Positions 27,421-41,300 of a DNA stretch of 64,000 nt are shown piece after piece. The notes under the pieces are model-generated. The model worked only from the letters and a program-made list of their open reading frames with translations. It did not search any database and was not told where the DNA came from. The stretch is taken from NCBI GenBank assembly GCA_040954595.2, contig CM082590.2, positions 3,906,001 through 3,970,000 of the forward strand, in the 5' to 3' direction. Both the position numbers and the translations under genes were made by a program. This DNA is from Balanoglossus misakiensis. Lineage: Eukaryota > Animalia > Hemichordata. Position 1 is the first letter of the stretch. Each line of letters begins with the position of its first letter.

Positions 27421-30400
27421 AATTACAGACGAACTAATAGATCTAGAGTTTTTGTTTTTTTTGGACATGGACCAGTATTTGGTCAAAGAATTTTGGGTGA
27501 CCTCAGTGACCTTTTACCTACTTTCTCATATCTTGGCATCCACTGCAGGTACAGGCTTAGCATTTGGAGGGATGGAACACCTCACCGAATCCCACAATTT
27601 ACCCCATTAATTATTCGCATATATAATTCCAAGCGAACCAATAGGGCTAGAGGTGTGTTTTTGTTGAATTCAAAAGTTTTTGCCCAAATTTTGGATGAAC
27701 TGAGGTGACTTTTAACCTACTTTACCATATCTCGGCACCAACAGTAGCTACAGCCTTGTCCTTTCGAGGGATGGGATCAAAATTAAAAGGCAAATTTTGG
27801 GGTCACCTGTGACACCTGCTTGACTCATTAATTACGTGCATACCTGATTCCAGGCCTACCAAATGGAATAGAGGTCTGGTTTTTGTTGAACATGGACCAA
27901 TATGGGGTCACAATCTTTTGCCAAAATTTAGGGTGACCTGACCTGACCTTTACAGGAGTTACATCCTTTGTTTTTTGAGGGATGGGACAAAAATGAAAAG
28001 CTAAATTTTGGGTTAATCTGTGACACCTTCTTAACCTCATTAATTATGCACATACCTAATTCCAGGCTAACCAACACAGCTAGCAGTTCCATTTCAGTTG
28101 GGCATGGACCAGTATGGCATCAAAATATTTTGGAGCAATTTTTTTGTGAACTTTGACCTAATTTTACAAATCTCGGCATCCAGGGCAGATACCGCTTTAC
28201 TCATGTTGTCGGACACCTTACCACATTAAATTTTACGCTGACCAATAGTGGCAGAAGGGAAGCTGGGACCAGTATGGGACCAAATTTTTGACAAATTTTT
28301 GGGTAACCTTGGGATGACCTTTTAGTTTTCATTATCGTGATATGTTGAAACACTTAATGCGTTCTTATACTTCACCTCCTTATTTTGCCTACAACAAATA
28401 GTATCCTTAAAAATAAGAGGGCTTACATGTTTTGTGTTTTGGATCTCCACTAGTATGTGACAACATTATTTGAGAAATATTTGTGTATTAGACCTTCAAG
28501 TTTTCTTTATCTTGGTATCCGGAAAATCTACCAAACCAGATATATTGTACAGAGTACAGAGAGACATGAAAGTCAGACGTGGACATTTTGTTTTAAGTGG
28601 TCAGCGACCTATAATGTAGACTAAAATAAAGAGATGACTACAGTAAAAGGCTTATGTTAAAAAGCAATGATTCAACTTACAGGTTTATCTGAAGCACATA
28701 AAACAAATGGTTGACATCAGTTGAGGTTGGTTTTTGTTATTGCAAGAAACTAAACAAACACAGATTACAATTGTTCACAGTTTTAAGCAATTATATCCAG
28801 CTGACAATGGCCAAGTATAATAATAACTAATAATAATAACTAAATAATAAGTTCAGACACCATTTAATTTCTGAAAAAGAGGATTAGTGAAATTAAGTTA
28901 GCATCTTTCTAAATTGTTTGAACATCCATTTGATACAGTGCATATTTAACACGACAAATACTTAAGAACATATATGTATTATGAGGACATATCTAGTATA
29001 CAACAAAGCAAATCTGACCTTGACAAAAGTCTACTTGAATTTTAAAATACAGTTCAGCATATCCATTAAGACATTTCTTGTTGTGCACAATTTTAGAAAA
29101 TCAAACGGGACATAGCATTGACAGAAATAGTCATTAAACGTAATCTGACAACTTGATTGTGTACAAGCCTTAATTGCAGATCATTTGTTAAAGGTACAAA
29201 GTAGCTTTTGTTTGCCCTTTTTGATATCATTCAAGAATACAGAGAGTACCTGCATTAAGTCACTGACTGTGCAATATGCTGTCAGTGCATAACCTAAAAA
29301 GGGGTCAGTAAATACCCCTTTGCTGTAAGTAAAGTTGTGATTTTGTGTGTGATACGAAATGAATACCTGTACCAAAGTACGTTTCCTTTTGACAAATAAC
29401 ATTGCCATGGCATTGTACATGGCAGTTATACATGAAAGAATACTACACTCTGAGATCTCATGCCAAGATCCATGTGGTCTAAATAGTTTGCAACACTGGC
29501 TATATATTCAAATACATGGATAAAAGTTTAGCACACAGTGGAAAACTGGGTGGACATCATAAATTATTTATGTGAATGTTCAATCTTGTATGTTGATATA
29601 CAAGCATAGTTCACCAGTACAGTACTGTACTGGTAAACACAGAGCATTAATCCTTTAAGTCGCTGCACACACACACAGTTTATTAGGCTGTTCACAATAC
29701 TCAGAACGGGTCTGGCCGACCTTTGTCCGGACAATTTTTGTCCCAGTTGAATGGGTTGGTTTGTATCCTACTCTGGTCCGACTCTGGTCCCACTACGGTG
29801 TGTGTGGACACGTTTTGTCCGAATCTGGTCCCAGATTGACATAATAGTGTAGTCCATCGTTTGACAATGAAGAAAATCGTATGAACAACCATTAGAGGAC
29901 CAACATGGTTCTGCTTTATAAGGTGAAAGGTTGGCGAGACACCACTGGCCAGGACTGTGCCAATCACAATGTGAACGGGGACTAAAGATTAGCTTGTCTT
30001 GTCACAATCATCAGTGACACGTTTTGCCCGGCCATGGGCCCAGATGTGAACCCACCATAAGTAGGGGCGCTGAGGCTTAGTCCCATGGACAATGGGTTGC
30101 GGAGAGGTGTTACAGTAATTCTTTACACCGGCTCCGGTCTGACCGGCAAATGCTGTCTCAAATCTAAGCAATTTCAGAACCACTAAACACTGTCCACACC
30201 TGATTCTTTAAGATGGTATCTGATCTGAGACGCTTCAGAACCGTCTTAATGGTGTGTATGTGACCCTATACAGTTTACCGTGTTTCAATAAGTCAAACAA
30301 CAGGTCCAGTTTTGAATATTAAGTCAACACAAAATGAAAATACATAATTATTTGATTGAAACCATTCTTGATAATACAAATGACAATTTCAAATCATGTT

Positions 30401-30618
30401 ATAAAATAACTATCTTGACTCAAAATTGGCTATTTACATGGAATACCAAACATCAAGAAACTTATTTCAGAATAAAAAGTACAACTTAAATTATTTCTAT
30501 TACTCTCATAATGCAGGCAAATATCTTTACTGTAATAAAAAATCATCCAGTACAATAAGTTGTTCAAAATACAGTATTTCATGTTTCTTTTTACAAAATG
30601 CAATATATACGCTATACC

Positions 30619-30862
30619 ACACAGTATTAAAAGCAGGTGAATTATGTACATGTACTCAATATTGCATACCATATGATCATACAAACAAATGTACACACAG
30701 AAGTGAATACCCCATGGTGTAGCAATAAAATTGTTAAATTACACAGTATTAAAAGCAGGTGAATTATGTACATGTACTCAATATTGCATACCATATGATC
30801 ATACAAACAAATTTACACACAGAAGTGAATACCCCATGGTGTAGCAATAAAATTGTTAAATT
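30619..30862. repeat. 122-bp tandem duplication (2 copies)
   Basis: acacagtattaaaagcaggtgaattatg... at 30619 and 30741. Confidence 0.92.
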
Positions 30863-30948
30863 GTAATTATATCATACCAAGCAGCAATGTAAATTGTTCT
30901 AAAATACTTTTTATATTTAACATAGATTTTATATATACATAGAAAATG

Positions 30949-31055
30949 ACTACATACATACATACATACATACATACATACTACATACATACATACATAC
31001 ATACATACATACATACATACATACATACATACATACATACATACATGCCTGCATG

Positions 31056-31089
<34 letters not shown>

Positions 31090-31091
31090 CA
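30949..31091. repeat. (TACA)n/(CA)n microsatellite
   Basis: Direct reading. Confidence 0.95.
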
Positions 31092-31693
31092 TGCATATAC
31101 ACATGTACATATGTTACAAATGTACATATGCCAGTGCATACATGACAAAGACATACAGACAGATATAACATTATGACAGCCAGGCAGCCTGTCTTAAATT
31201 ACTCAATCCTTCGCCTGAGTTTATCTTCAGACAGACAGACAGACAGACAACTCACTAAGGCGTGTAGACAACCTAGTCTTAATTACCCTGTCCTCCCCCA
31301 GAGTTTATATCTTTTTCTGAAAGTTAAATCACAACATGTTAGACAAATTATTTGCAGTTGGTGTATCGCTACCTTATCGTAACCTTATCAAAAGCAATCT
31401 GGTGGTCAATATTATTTTGCGGTAAGGTAAATACATGTTATGTAAAATGTTGATGTCAGCTTTCTCAGATTATATCATAAGGCAGTTGAAAGACATGCAC
31501 ACACTATTGCTACAGATCCCGACTACCCACTTTAAAAATTCTTTTAAAATCTCCAATTATGGACATGCTACAGAGATCAATTTAACAGGAAACAATTCCT
31601 TTGGAAAATACTTTTCCCAACAGCTATATCTGAGTTCGATGAGGAGACAAGCGTCGGGTTTCATAAAAAGTTTTATTGTTAAAAACTTGTTCT

Positions 31694-31733
31694 ACCAACG
31701 TTTCGATCCTTCACTGAGGATCTTCTTCAGGGA
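31694..31733 (-). ncRNA. Minimal hammerhead ribozyme in the Penelope 3' region
   Basis: Minus strand reads cc-CUGAAGA-A-GAUCCU(cagUGA)AGGAUC-GAAAC-GUU-gg: conserved core, 6-bp stem II, palindromic AACGUU stem III. Confidence 0.8.
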
Positions 31734-32092
31734 TCTAAAAATAGCAAAATGTAGGTGGAAAATAAAAATGAGCTGTATGGTCAAAATCTCATTGAGTATT
31801 GTAAAAATAAAGTCTGAAACGAAGACAAAATTAAAAACAGTCGGAACTGCAGTTGGACATGCGGACAAAAAATTAGACTTGAGTAAAATGACAACTTGTA
31901 AAACGGAATGATAAAATAAATGTAGAGAGACAAGACAAAAGAAACTTACTCAGCGGTGATGGTCTGAATGTGGTCTGAATAAAGACAAAGAGGACTCCCT
32001 AGTGTGGGAGGAAAAATCAAACGGACTGCCTAGCAGTAAACAAAGACTATAGGTGGTGGGAAAAATATGAATATGAATGAAAGAAAAAAGTT

Positions 32093-33926
32093 CTACCAGT
32101 CCTTTTTGTTGATACCAGTGGGTGAAAGGGTACCGAGTGCATTAATAATTTTGAGTTCCAGTTGCTTTCTTATTTTGTCGTGTCTCGAATATACTTTGCA
32201 CAGACCAGTGAATTGGAAATGGTCAATGTTGTGATCAGGTTCATGGAAGTGATGAGCGACTAGAGTGTCTTTGTGTGTACGGATACTGTAAAGGTGTTCG
32301 TTGATTCTGATACGGAGTTCCCGTTTTGTTTCCCCGATGTACAATTTGTCGCATTTGATACAGACGATGGCATAAATGATGTTGCGAGTATTACATGTCA
32401 GTTGGCCGATGATATGATGCGATTTGTTATTCACCTTGTTGATTAATTTGTGTTCATTGGTCTGGATCATAAATTTGCATGTTCTACAGTTGTTACAGGG
32501 TTTACAGAGTCCTGGGTCAGCGTCTTTAGTTCTTGTCTTAAGGCCGGCTCTGACTATCATCTTCCTTAGGTTGGGTGGTTGTCTATAAGCGACAAAAGGG
32601 GGCGCGGTGAATGTCTCCCTTGTAGACTGATTAGATGCAAGTATGTGCCAGTGCTTTCTAATTATTGTCGATATGCTGGGAAGGGCCGGGTGGTGTGTGA
32701 TGACAAATGGTATACGTTCGGATGAGTTGGTGTTTTTGTCTTGGTAGTTGATGAGTCGGTCACGTGGGATGCTTCTTACTTGATTGATGGCATTAGAGAT
32801 CGCTGATTTTTTGTAGTTGCGTTGGATGAAGTGGTCCTGAAGTTTCTTGGTTTCTTCATTGTAGAGATCTGTTGTAGAGCAGATGCGTCTATATCGCAGG
32901 GCCTGTCCCTTGGGGATCGCTTTAAAGATATGGCGTGGATGGCAGGATGATGGAAGTAGATACGTGTGCTTGTCAGTAGGTTTGCTGTAGATGGTCGTAT
33001 GAATAGTGTTATCCTTGATCATCATATTGGTGTCCAGAAATGGAACTTCAAGTGGGCTGTGTTCTATGGTGAATTTCAGGGATGGGTGGATGGAGTTGCA
33101 GTATTCATGGAATTTAACAAGTTGGTCGGGCCCATGAGTCCAAATATAGCGGATGTCATCAATGAATCTTTTCCAATTTTGTGGTTGTAGAGGACAGTTG
33201 GCAAGGATGTATTTTTCTAGTTTGCCCATAGCGATGTTCGCATAGGAAGGCGCGACCTTACTGCCCATGGCTGTGCCGTGAACTTGCAGATAGAATCTCT
33301 CGTTGAATTGGAAGTAGTTTTTGGTGAGAATGAATTCGAGCATTTCTGTGATGAGCGTAGGGTTAGGTGTGGTGATGTTGTGTTCCTCCAAAGCTTCCTG
33401 TACTGCTTGGATGCCGTAGTCGTGGGGTATATTGGTGTACAGAGAAACGACGTCCATGGTGACGAGGATGCTATTGTCCGGTACTGTGCTATTTTCTATG
33501 TCCTGCAGGTGGTGAGTGGTGTCCTTGAGGTATGATGGAAGCTTTTTGACGATGGGTTGAAGGATGTGATCGACATATTGTGCAAGTGGGGTGGTGACGG
33601 CTTGGTGCTGTGGTACTATGGGGCGAAGTGGTGAATTTTGTTTGTGAATTTTCGGCAGACCATAGAAGGTGCCTGGTTTGGGTTCTTTTTGTATGAGTTT
33701 TTTGGCGATGTCCTGTGGGATCCATTTCTTGTTCATCCATTTCTTTACCTTCTTCTCAAGTTCATTTTGGTATTGGTTTGTGGGGTCATGGTCTAGTTCT
33801 CTGTAGAATAAACGGTCTTGTAGTATGTTCTGACATGTATCAATGTAGCTTGCTGTGTCCATGACTACAATACCCCCACCTTTGTCGGCCGGTTTAATTG
33901 TGAGGTCCGCCCTGTCGACAAGTTTT
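32093..33926 (-). CDS. Penelope RT + GIY-YIG endonuclease (N-terminally truncated)
   Basis: IKPADKGGGIVVMD, YGLPKIHK, LRPIV, DVVSLYTNIP, GTAMGS, RFIDD, PFLD, Cys linker CKPCNNCRTC, IIYAIVC..CDKLYIGET..L..RINEH. The first ~11 codons of the listed ORF are flanking DNA. Confidence 0.92.
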
Positions 33927-36900
33927 ACAGCTATATCTATTTTAAATTCAAGTTTCATCCTTTTTTAGTTTTATCCAGTGCTGCAGATGTGCTTTTCATC
34001 ATGTTGTCTTATTTGTGTATATACATTGTTATCAAAATGTCATTTATCCTGAATTTATAACTGATTGATGAGCCTCATGAAGACAAGTTTCACAGCTATT
34101 GTTGACAATTAAGTATTTGAATTGATTTAACATAGGAGCCAGTATAAGAACATTTAACCTCTTGCTGGGTAGTTTTGTTTTTATCTAGTCTCACTCCCAG
34201 ACCTCATCGCTGTGCACCATAGTGTGCTACTGGCAGTATGACCAGGCAAGGAGCGCAGCGACAAGCACAAGTCGCCCGCCAAATCAGATCACTTGCCCGG
34301 TCATGTCCTACCACCAGAAGCACACACTTTGCCCTGGTGAAGCAACAAGGTCTGGTACCATCACTCAGCTTTTCCGTAACAAAGGCCATTATTAAATCAT
34401 GTACGTGAATGAGGTTTTTCCTCGTGACGGGTTATATCTTTATTTTGATAATAACACTTATGTTATTTCAAAACACAACTCTAAATTAATATTTTGATCC
34501 TTATTGCTTCATGAAAGCTAAAGTATTTTGGTACAACATTTACCGTCACACTTTCTATTCCTTTCTCAGACACAAGATCAATCAATTTATTAGCTTCTGT
34601 AGTTAATTTGCTTCAAATTATTTGCAGTTGGTGTATCGCTACCTTATCGTAACCTTATCAAAAGCAATCTGGTGGTCAATATTATTTTGCGGTAAGGTAA
34701 ATACATGTTATGTAAAATGATGATGTCAGCTTTCTCAGATTATATCATAAGGCAGTTGAACGACATGCACACACTATTGCTACAGATCCCGACTACCCAC
34801 TTTAAAAATTCTTTTAAAATCTCCAATTATGGACATGCTACAGAGATCAATTTAAAAGGAAACAATTCCTTTGGAAAATACTTTTCCCAACAGCTATATC
34901 TATTTTAAATTCAAGTTTCATCCTTTTTTAGTTTTATCCAGTGCTGCAGATGTGCTTTTCATCATGTTGTCTTATTTGTGTATATACATTGTTATCAAAA
35001 TGTCATTTATCCTGAATTTATAACTGATTGATGAGCCTCATGAAGACATGTTTCACAGCTATTGTTGACAATTAAGTATTTGAATTGATTTAACATAGGA
35101 GCCAGTATAAGAACATTTAACCTCTTGCTGGGTAGTTTTGTTTTTATCTAGTCTCACTCCCAGACCTCATCGCTGTGCACCATAGTGTGCTACTGGCAGT
35201 ATGACCAGGCAAGGAGCGCAGCGACAAGCACAAGTCGCCCGCCAAATCAGATCACTTGCCCGGTCATGTCCTACCACCAGAAGCACACACTTTGCCCTGG
35301 TGAAGCAACAAGGTCTGGTACCATCACTCAGCTTTTCCGTAACAAAGGCCATTATTAAATCATGTACGTGAATGAGGTTTTTCCTCGTGACGGGTTATAT
35401 CTTTATTTTGATAATAACACTTATGTTATTTCAAAACACAACTCTAAATTAATATTTTGATCCTTATTGCTTCATGAAAGCTAAAGTATTTTGGTACAAC
35501 ATTTACCGTCACACTTTCTATTCCTTTCTCAGACACAAGATCAATCAATTTATTAGCTTCTGTAGTTAATTTGCTTCAAATTATTTGCAGTTGGTGTATC
35601 GCTACCTTATCGTAACCTTATCAAAAGCAATCTGGTGGTCAATATTATTTTGCGGTAAGGTAAATACATGTTATGTAAAATGATGATGTCAGCTTTCTCA
35701 GATTATATCATAAGGCAGTTGAACGACATGCACACACTATTGCTACAGATCCTGACTACCCACTTTAAAAATTCTTTTAAAATCTCCAATTATGGACATG
35801 CTACAGAGATCAATTTAACAGGAAACAATTCCTTTGGAAAATACTTTTCCCAACAGCTATATCTATTTTAAATTCAAGTTTCATCCTTTTTTAGTTTTAT
35901 CCAGTGCTGCAGATGTGCTTTTCATCATGTTGTCTTATTTGTGTATATACATTGTTATCAAAATGTCATTTATCCTGAATTTATAACTGATTGATGAGCC
36001 TCATGAAGACAAGTTTCACAGCTATTGTTGACAATTAAGTATTTGAATTGATTTAACATAGGAGCCAGTATAAGAACATTTAACCTCTTGCTGGGTAGTT
36101 TTGTTTTTATCTAGTCTCACTCCCAGACCTCATCGCTGTGCACCATAGTGTGCTACTGGCAGTATGACCAGGCAAGGAGCGCAGCGACAAGCACAAGTCG
36201 CCCGCCAAATCAGATCACTTGCCCGGTCATGTCCTACCACCAGAAGCACACACTTTGCCCTGGTGAAGCAACAAGGTCTGGTACCATCACTCAGCTTTTC
36301 CGTAACAAAGGCCATTATTAAATCATGTACGTGAATGAGGTTTTTCCTCGTGACGGGTTATATCTTTATTTTTATAATAACACTTATGTTATTTCAAAAC
36401 ACAACTCTAAATTAATATTTTGATCCTTATTGCTTCATGAAAGCTAAAGTATTTTGGTACAACATTTACCGTCACACTTTCTATTCCTTTCTCAGACACA
36501 AGATCAATCAATTTATTAGCTTCTGTAGTTAATTTGCTTCAAATTATTTGCAGTTGGTGTATCGCTACCTTATCGTAACCTTATCAAAAGCAATCTGGTG
36601 GTCAATATTATTTTGCGGTAAGGTAAATACATGTTATGTAAAATGATGATGTCAGCTTTCTCAGATTATATCATAAGGCAGTTGAACGACATGCACACAC
36701 TATTGCTACAGATCCCGACTACCCACTTTAAAAATTCTTTTAAAATCTCCAATTATGGACATGCTACAGAGATCAATTTAAAAGGAAACAATTCCTTTGG
36801 AAAATACTTTTCCCAACAGCTATATCTATTTTAAATTCAAGTTTCATCCTTTTTTAGTTTTATCCAGTGCTGCAGATGTGCTTTTCATCATGTTGTCTTA

Positions 36901-38340
36901 TTTGTGTATATACATTGTTATCAAAATGTCATTTATCCTGAATTTATAACTGATTGATGAGCCTCATGAAGACAAGTTTCACAGCTATTGTTGACAATTA
37001 AGTATTTGAATTGATTTAACATAGGAGCCAGTATAAGAACATTTAACCTCTTGCTGGGTAGTCTTGTTTTTATCTAGTCTCACTCCCAGACCTCATCGCT
37101 GTGCACTATAGTGTGCTACTGGCAGTATGACCAGGCAAGGAGCGCAGCGACAAGCACAAGTCGCCCGCCAAATCAGATCACTTGCCCGGTCATGTCCTAC
37201 CACCAGAAGCACACACTTTGCCCTGGTGAAGCAACAAGGTCTGGTACCATCACTCAGCTTTTCCGTAACAAAGGCCATTATTAAATCATGTACGTGAATG
37301 AGGTTTTTCCTCGTGACGGGTTATATCTTTATTTTTCTAATAACACTTATGTTATTTCAAAACACAACTCTAAATTAATATTTTGATCCTTATTGCTTCA
37401 TGAAAGCTAAAGTATTTTGGTACAACATTTACCGTCACACTTTCTATTCCTTTCTCAGACACAAGATCAATCAATTTATTAGCTTCTGTAGTTAATTTGC
37501 TTCAAATTATTTGCAGTTGGTGTATCGCTACCTTATCGTAACCTTATCAAAAGCAATCTGGTGGTCAATATTATTTTGCGGTAAGGTAAATACATGTTAT
37601 GTAAAATGATGATGTCAGCTTTCTCAGATTATATCATAAGGCAGTTGAACGACATGCACACACTATTGCTACAGATCCCGACTACCCACTTTAAAAATTC
37701 TTTTAAAATCTCCAATTATGGACATGCTACAGAGATCAATTTAACAGGAATCAATTCCTTTGGAAAATAGTTTTGCCAACAGCTATATCTATTTTAAATT
37801 CAAGTTTCATCCTTTTTTAGTTTTATCCAGTGCTGCAGATGTGCTTTTCATCATGTTGTCTTATTTGTGTATATACATTGTTATCAAAATGTCATTTATC
37901 CTGAATTTATAACTGATTGATGAGCCTCATGAAGACAAGTTTCACAGCTATTGTTGACAATTAAGTATTTGAATTGATTTAACATAGGAGCCAGTATAAG
38001 AACATTTAACCTCTTGCTGGGTAGTTTTGTTTTTATCTAGTCTCACTCCCAGACCTCATCGCTGTGCACTATAGTGTGCTACTGGCAGTATGACCAGGCA
38101 AGGAGCGCAGCGACAAGCACAAGTCGCCCGCCAAATCAGATCACTTGCCCGGTCATGTCCTACCACCAGAAGCACACACTTTGCCCTGGTGAAGCAACAA
38201 GGTCTGGTACCATCACTCAGCTTTTCCGTAACAAAGGCCGTTATTGAATCATGTACCTGAATAAGGTTATTCCTCGCGGTGGGTTATATCTTTATTTTTC
38301 TAATCACACTGATTTTATTTCAAAACACAAGTCTAAATAA

Positions 38341-41300
38341 TTATATTTTGATGCTTATTGCTTCATGAAAGCTGAAGTATTTTGGTACCACATTTACTGT
38401 CACATATTTTATTCCTTTCACATACACATGATCAATCAATGTATTAGCTTCTGTAGTTGGTTCGCTAACAAATTGTCTGAAACCATGATCTTCCATGAAC
38501 TTTACAAGTGATGACCGGGACAAGATATCTTCATTGAAATCACCCATGATCAGTTTGCCTCCTGGGTATTTTTCCATTGCTTTCACCAAACAAACCAAAC
38601 TTTTTTTGAATACCTCTGCTTTGTATGATGGTGGTCTATAAACTACAGCTACTGTAACATTGATTTTAGTGACATAAAATGAAATACATTCCAAATTACA
38701 CACACCCAAATGCAAAATTTCAAAATCATTACATAGTTTGCTATAGACTCCAACACCACCCCGCTGTTGCAACTGTAGACTTGATGTATTTCTATCAAAT
38801 TGATTGTAGGATTGAGATCGTGGTTGGTGATTGAATTCAAATCCGCTCAATTGCAAATTACAATGTGTTCCTTTTTCAGATAACCAAGTTTCCGTCAAAC
38901 AAATGAAGTCTGCTTCCAAATATTCACTGTCATTGCAAATATCTTTAATGTGATTGACAAGTCCCTCCACATTATGCAATACAAATGAGCATGTATAATT
39001 ACTGTGTTCTTTCTGAGTACACTTGGGGAGAAATTTTGGCATTGTTTCCAGGGCTTCTTGGACCTTTTCATTGCAATATATGGATGATTTGTTAAAGTCA
39101 TTAATAATGAGACCATCTAATGTTGTCACCCGACTCAATGCCACATATGCCTGTCCTGGTGCAAACATCTTCTTTAAACTGACAACAGCTTTATCAACTG
39201 TCAATCCCTGTACCTTATGCACTGTACATGCCCAAGCTAGTTTTAAAGGAAACTGCCTCCTAATACCACCATTACTTGCAACAGACATTTCCTGAGGTTC
39301 TATAGGGGTACTGTTTACTGGAAGGTCAGATATAGTTATAGGCTTCTTTTTACGCAATCCTTGGCCAACTTTCTCATTATCAAATACAACATAAATGGCA
39401 GCTGGGAATTTTTCATTTGGTTTTACTGCAATGTGACATACTGTCCCAAAAACGCCATTCACCAAACCATCAGCCACATCAATGTTATGCGTCAATTGGA
39501 CTCGTGCACCAACAGCTAGAGTAAGAGTCTTTGGCAAAGTTGTCCTGAACACTTTGACATGGTGACCTTCCTTTTTTTCTAGTCGTCCACTTTTAGGATT
39601 TCTGCTAAAATCTTCTGCTTCAATACACACAGGATCAGAACATTGAGAATGAAGCATTTCAACATTACAGCTATTAACCTCTGCATTTGTAGCAAAAACA
39701 TGCATTGCCTCAGATGTTTCACCAGTAACACACTTTTGTAACATTGCCACATCACCAGCATTTAGTGTGTCCCCCTTTTTGTGAACTCTTACTCGATTTA
39801 ATGCCTCTGCAAATGCACAGTCTTTCTGTCTCATTATTTCAGTTAATTCTACCATACTGAAATTGTCATTCCACAGATTGACGGATTCACGGTCTATGCA
39901 CAGTGGACTTGCTTTTACAGGCGGGAGTTGATAAAAATCACCCACAGCAATAACACACACATTCCCAAATGGTGACTCAGCCGATGACTGTTTGATTTGT
40001 CGCAGTCTTCCATGAACATAGTACAGTAACTTTTTGTCTACCATAGAAATCTCATCTATTATCAAAATTTGAAGGTTACCAAACTTGCAACGAAGAGTAT
40101 TGAGCTTTTCTTCACGCAGTGGCTGATATGGCAGCTTTGAGTCAACAGCTATGGAGAATATATGATGGAGAGTTGTTCCTTGTATATTAAACGCTGCTAC
40201 TCCTGTTGGTGCAGTTAAAGCAATTGAAATTCCATCAACATCTGGCATTGCACGAGCTAGAATTCGTTTGGCTTCATGATATATGCTTTTGATTAAGTGA
40301 CTTTTTCCAGTACCAGCACCACCAGTGACAAACAAATAAAAGGGTTCTGGATTCTTGCCATTGCTTTTGTCCAAACACCACTTCCTGACAGTGTAAAACA
40401 CTTCTGCTTGTTTCTTGTTCAAAGATCTACACATTGCTTCAACCTCATATTTCTTCATTGAATTTGAAAGTTCTACATGGCAATCATCACCTTTAGGTTT
40501 TTTTACCAAGTCCGGAATATCACTGTCATCCACTGGATCATCATCACAGCACTTTTTACCTTCTTCAATGCATTCCAATCGTTCTAATTCATTTTCTGGA
40601 CATATTTGAGCCCATGCATCTTCAAGATGGCCATTCTCATCAAGAAATTGTCCAGCTGCATCAATAGCATCAGCCTCTGTTTCAAATAATGCTTTATTGG
40701 CATCTACAATCATTTTAACCTTTTCTAAAGAAGCAGTGCCACATTTCACTGCACCAAGACAATAAAAATCCTCAAACGATTCAAATCCACTAGGTTTCAG
40801 TTGTGATTCCGTACGATATGGGAGAAACAGTTGTAATATACTGCCATAGTGCTTTTCTGGACATTTGGTAACAGAAAATCTAGCATATCTAACAACAGCA
40901 CCATCACTTATAGATCTTTTCTGCATGTAACCAACATCATTTTTCAACTTCACTATTGGACTGTGGCGTTTTTCATTACTCACATTTTTCATTTCTGATT
41001 TTGAAACCACTCTGTATTCAGAACAAAATTTTGCAAGACACATGTTGTCAAAATCTACCCCATTTGGTCTGTTCTTGTACCTGTCTACAATGCTATTCAT
41101 CCATATCTCTTCCTCATCTAAATCACCACCTTTCATTTTCTTCTGAATTGCAGCTAATGGCAGACTCATTTTAATTTGATTTTCTCCTGTTGGAATAAAC
41201 TGAACTTTTCGTGATGATTGTTTCAGTTTCAAACCACATACCCTATAAACAGCTTCCTGGGCACTTATTTCCCTGTTGTGCAGATATACACCACCTAACT

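Larger units (their letters stand above)
31632..33926 (-). mobile_element. 5'-truncated Penelope-like retroelement (EN+, Neptune-like)
   Basis: 12-bp TSD acagctatatct at 31620-31631 and 33927-33938; RT + GIY-YIG ORF; 3' region carries a hammerhead motif and AATAAA. Confidence 0.92.
31344..38468. repeat. Tandem array of five 963-bp units derived from the RepHel 3' coding end plus downstream sequence
   Basis: Unit starts (caaattatttgcag) at 31344, 34614, 35577, 36540, 37503. The first spacing, 3270, equals 963 + 2295 (Penelope) + 12 (TSD). Confidence 0.95.

Noticed and set aside
29684-30270. GC-richer patch beginning tta-ggctgttcaca, possible Harbinger-type MITE
   Set aside because: No convincing matching right TIR or TSD found by eye.
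30856-31176. MYVCMYVC / HTYIHT ORFs
   Set aside because: Microsatellite translations.
33927-33958. N-terminus MKLEFKIDIAV of the 621-aa Penelope ORF
   Set aside because: It lies in the TSD and flanking 963-bp unit, so it is a fortuitous in-frame start rather than part of the element.
34204-34908. Recurring 61- and 67-aa ORFs in the 963-bp units as a small gene cluster
   Set aside because: No recognisable motifs; the 67-aa frame is broken by a stop in the fifth unit; recurrence is explained by the repeat.
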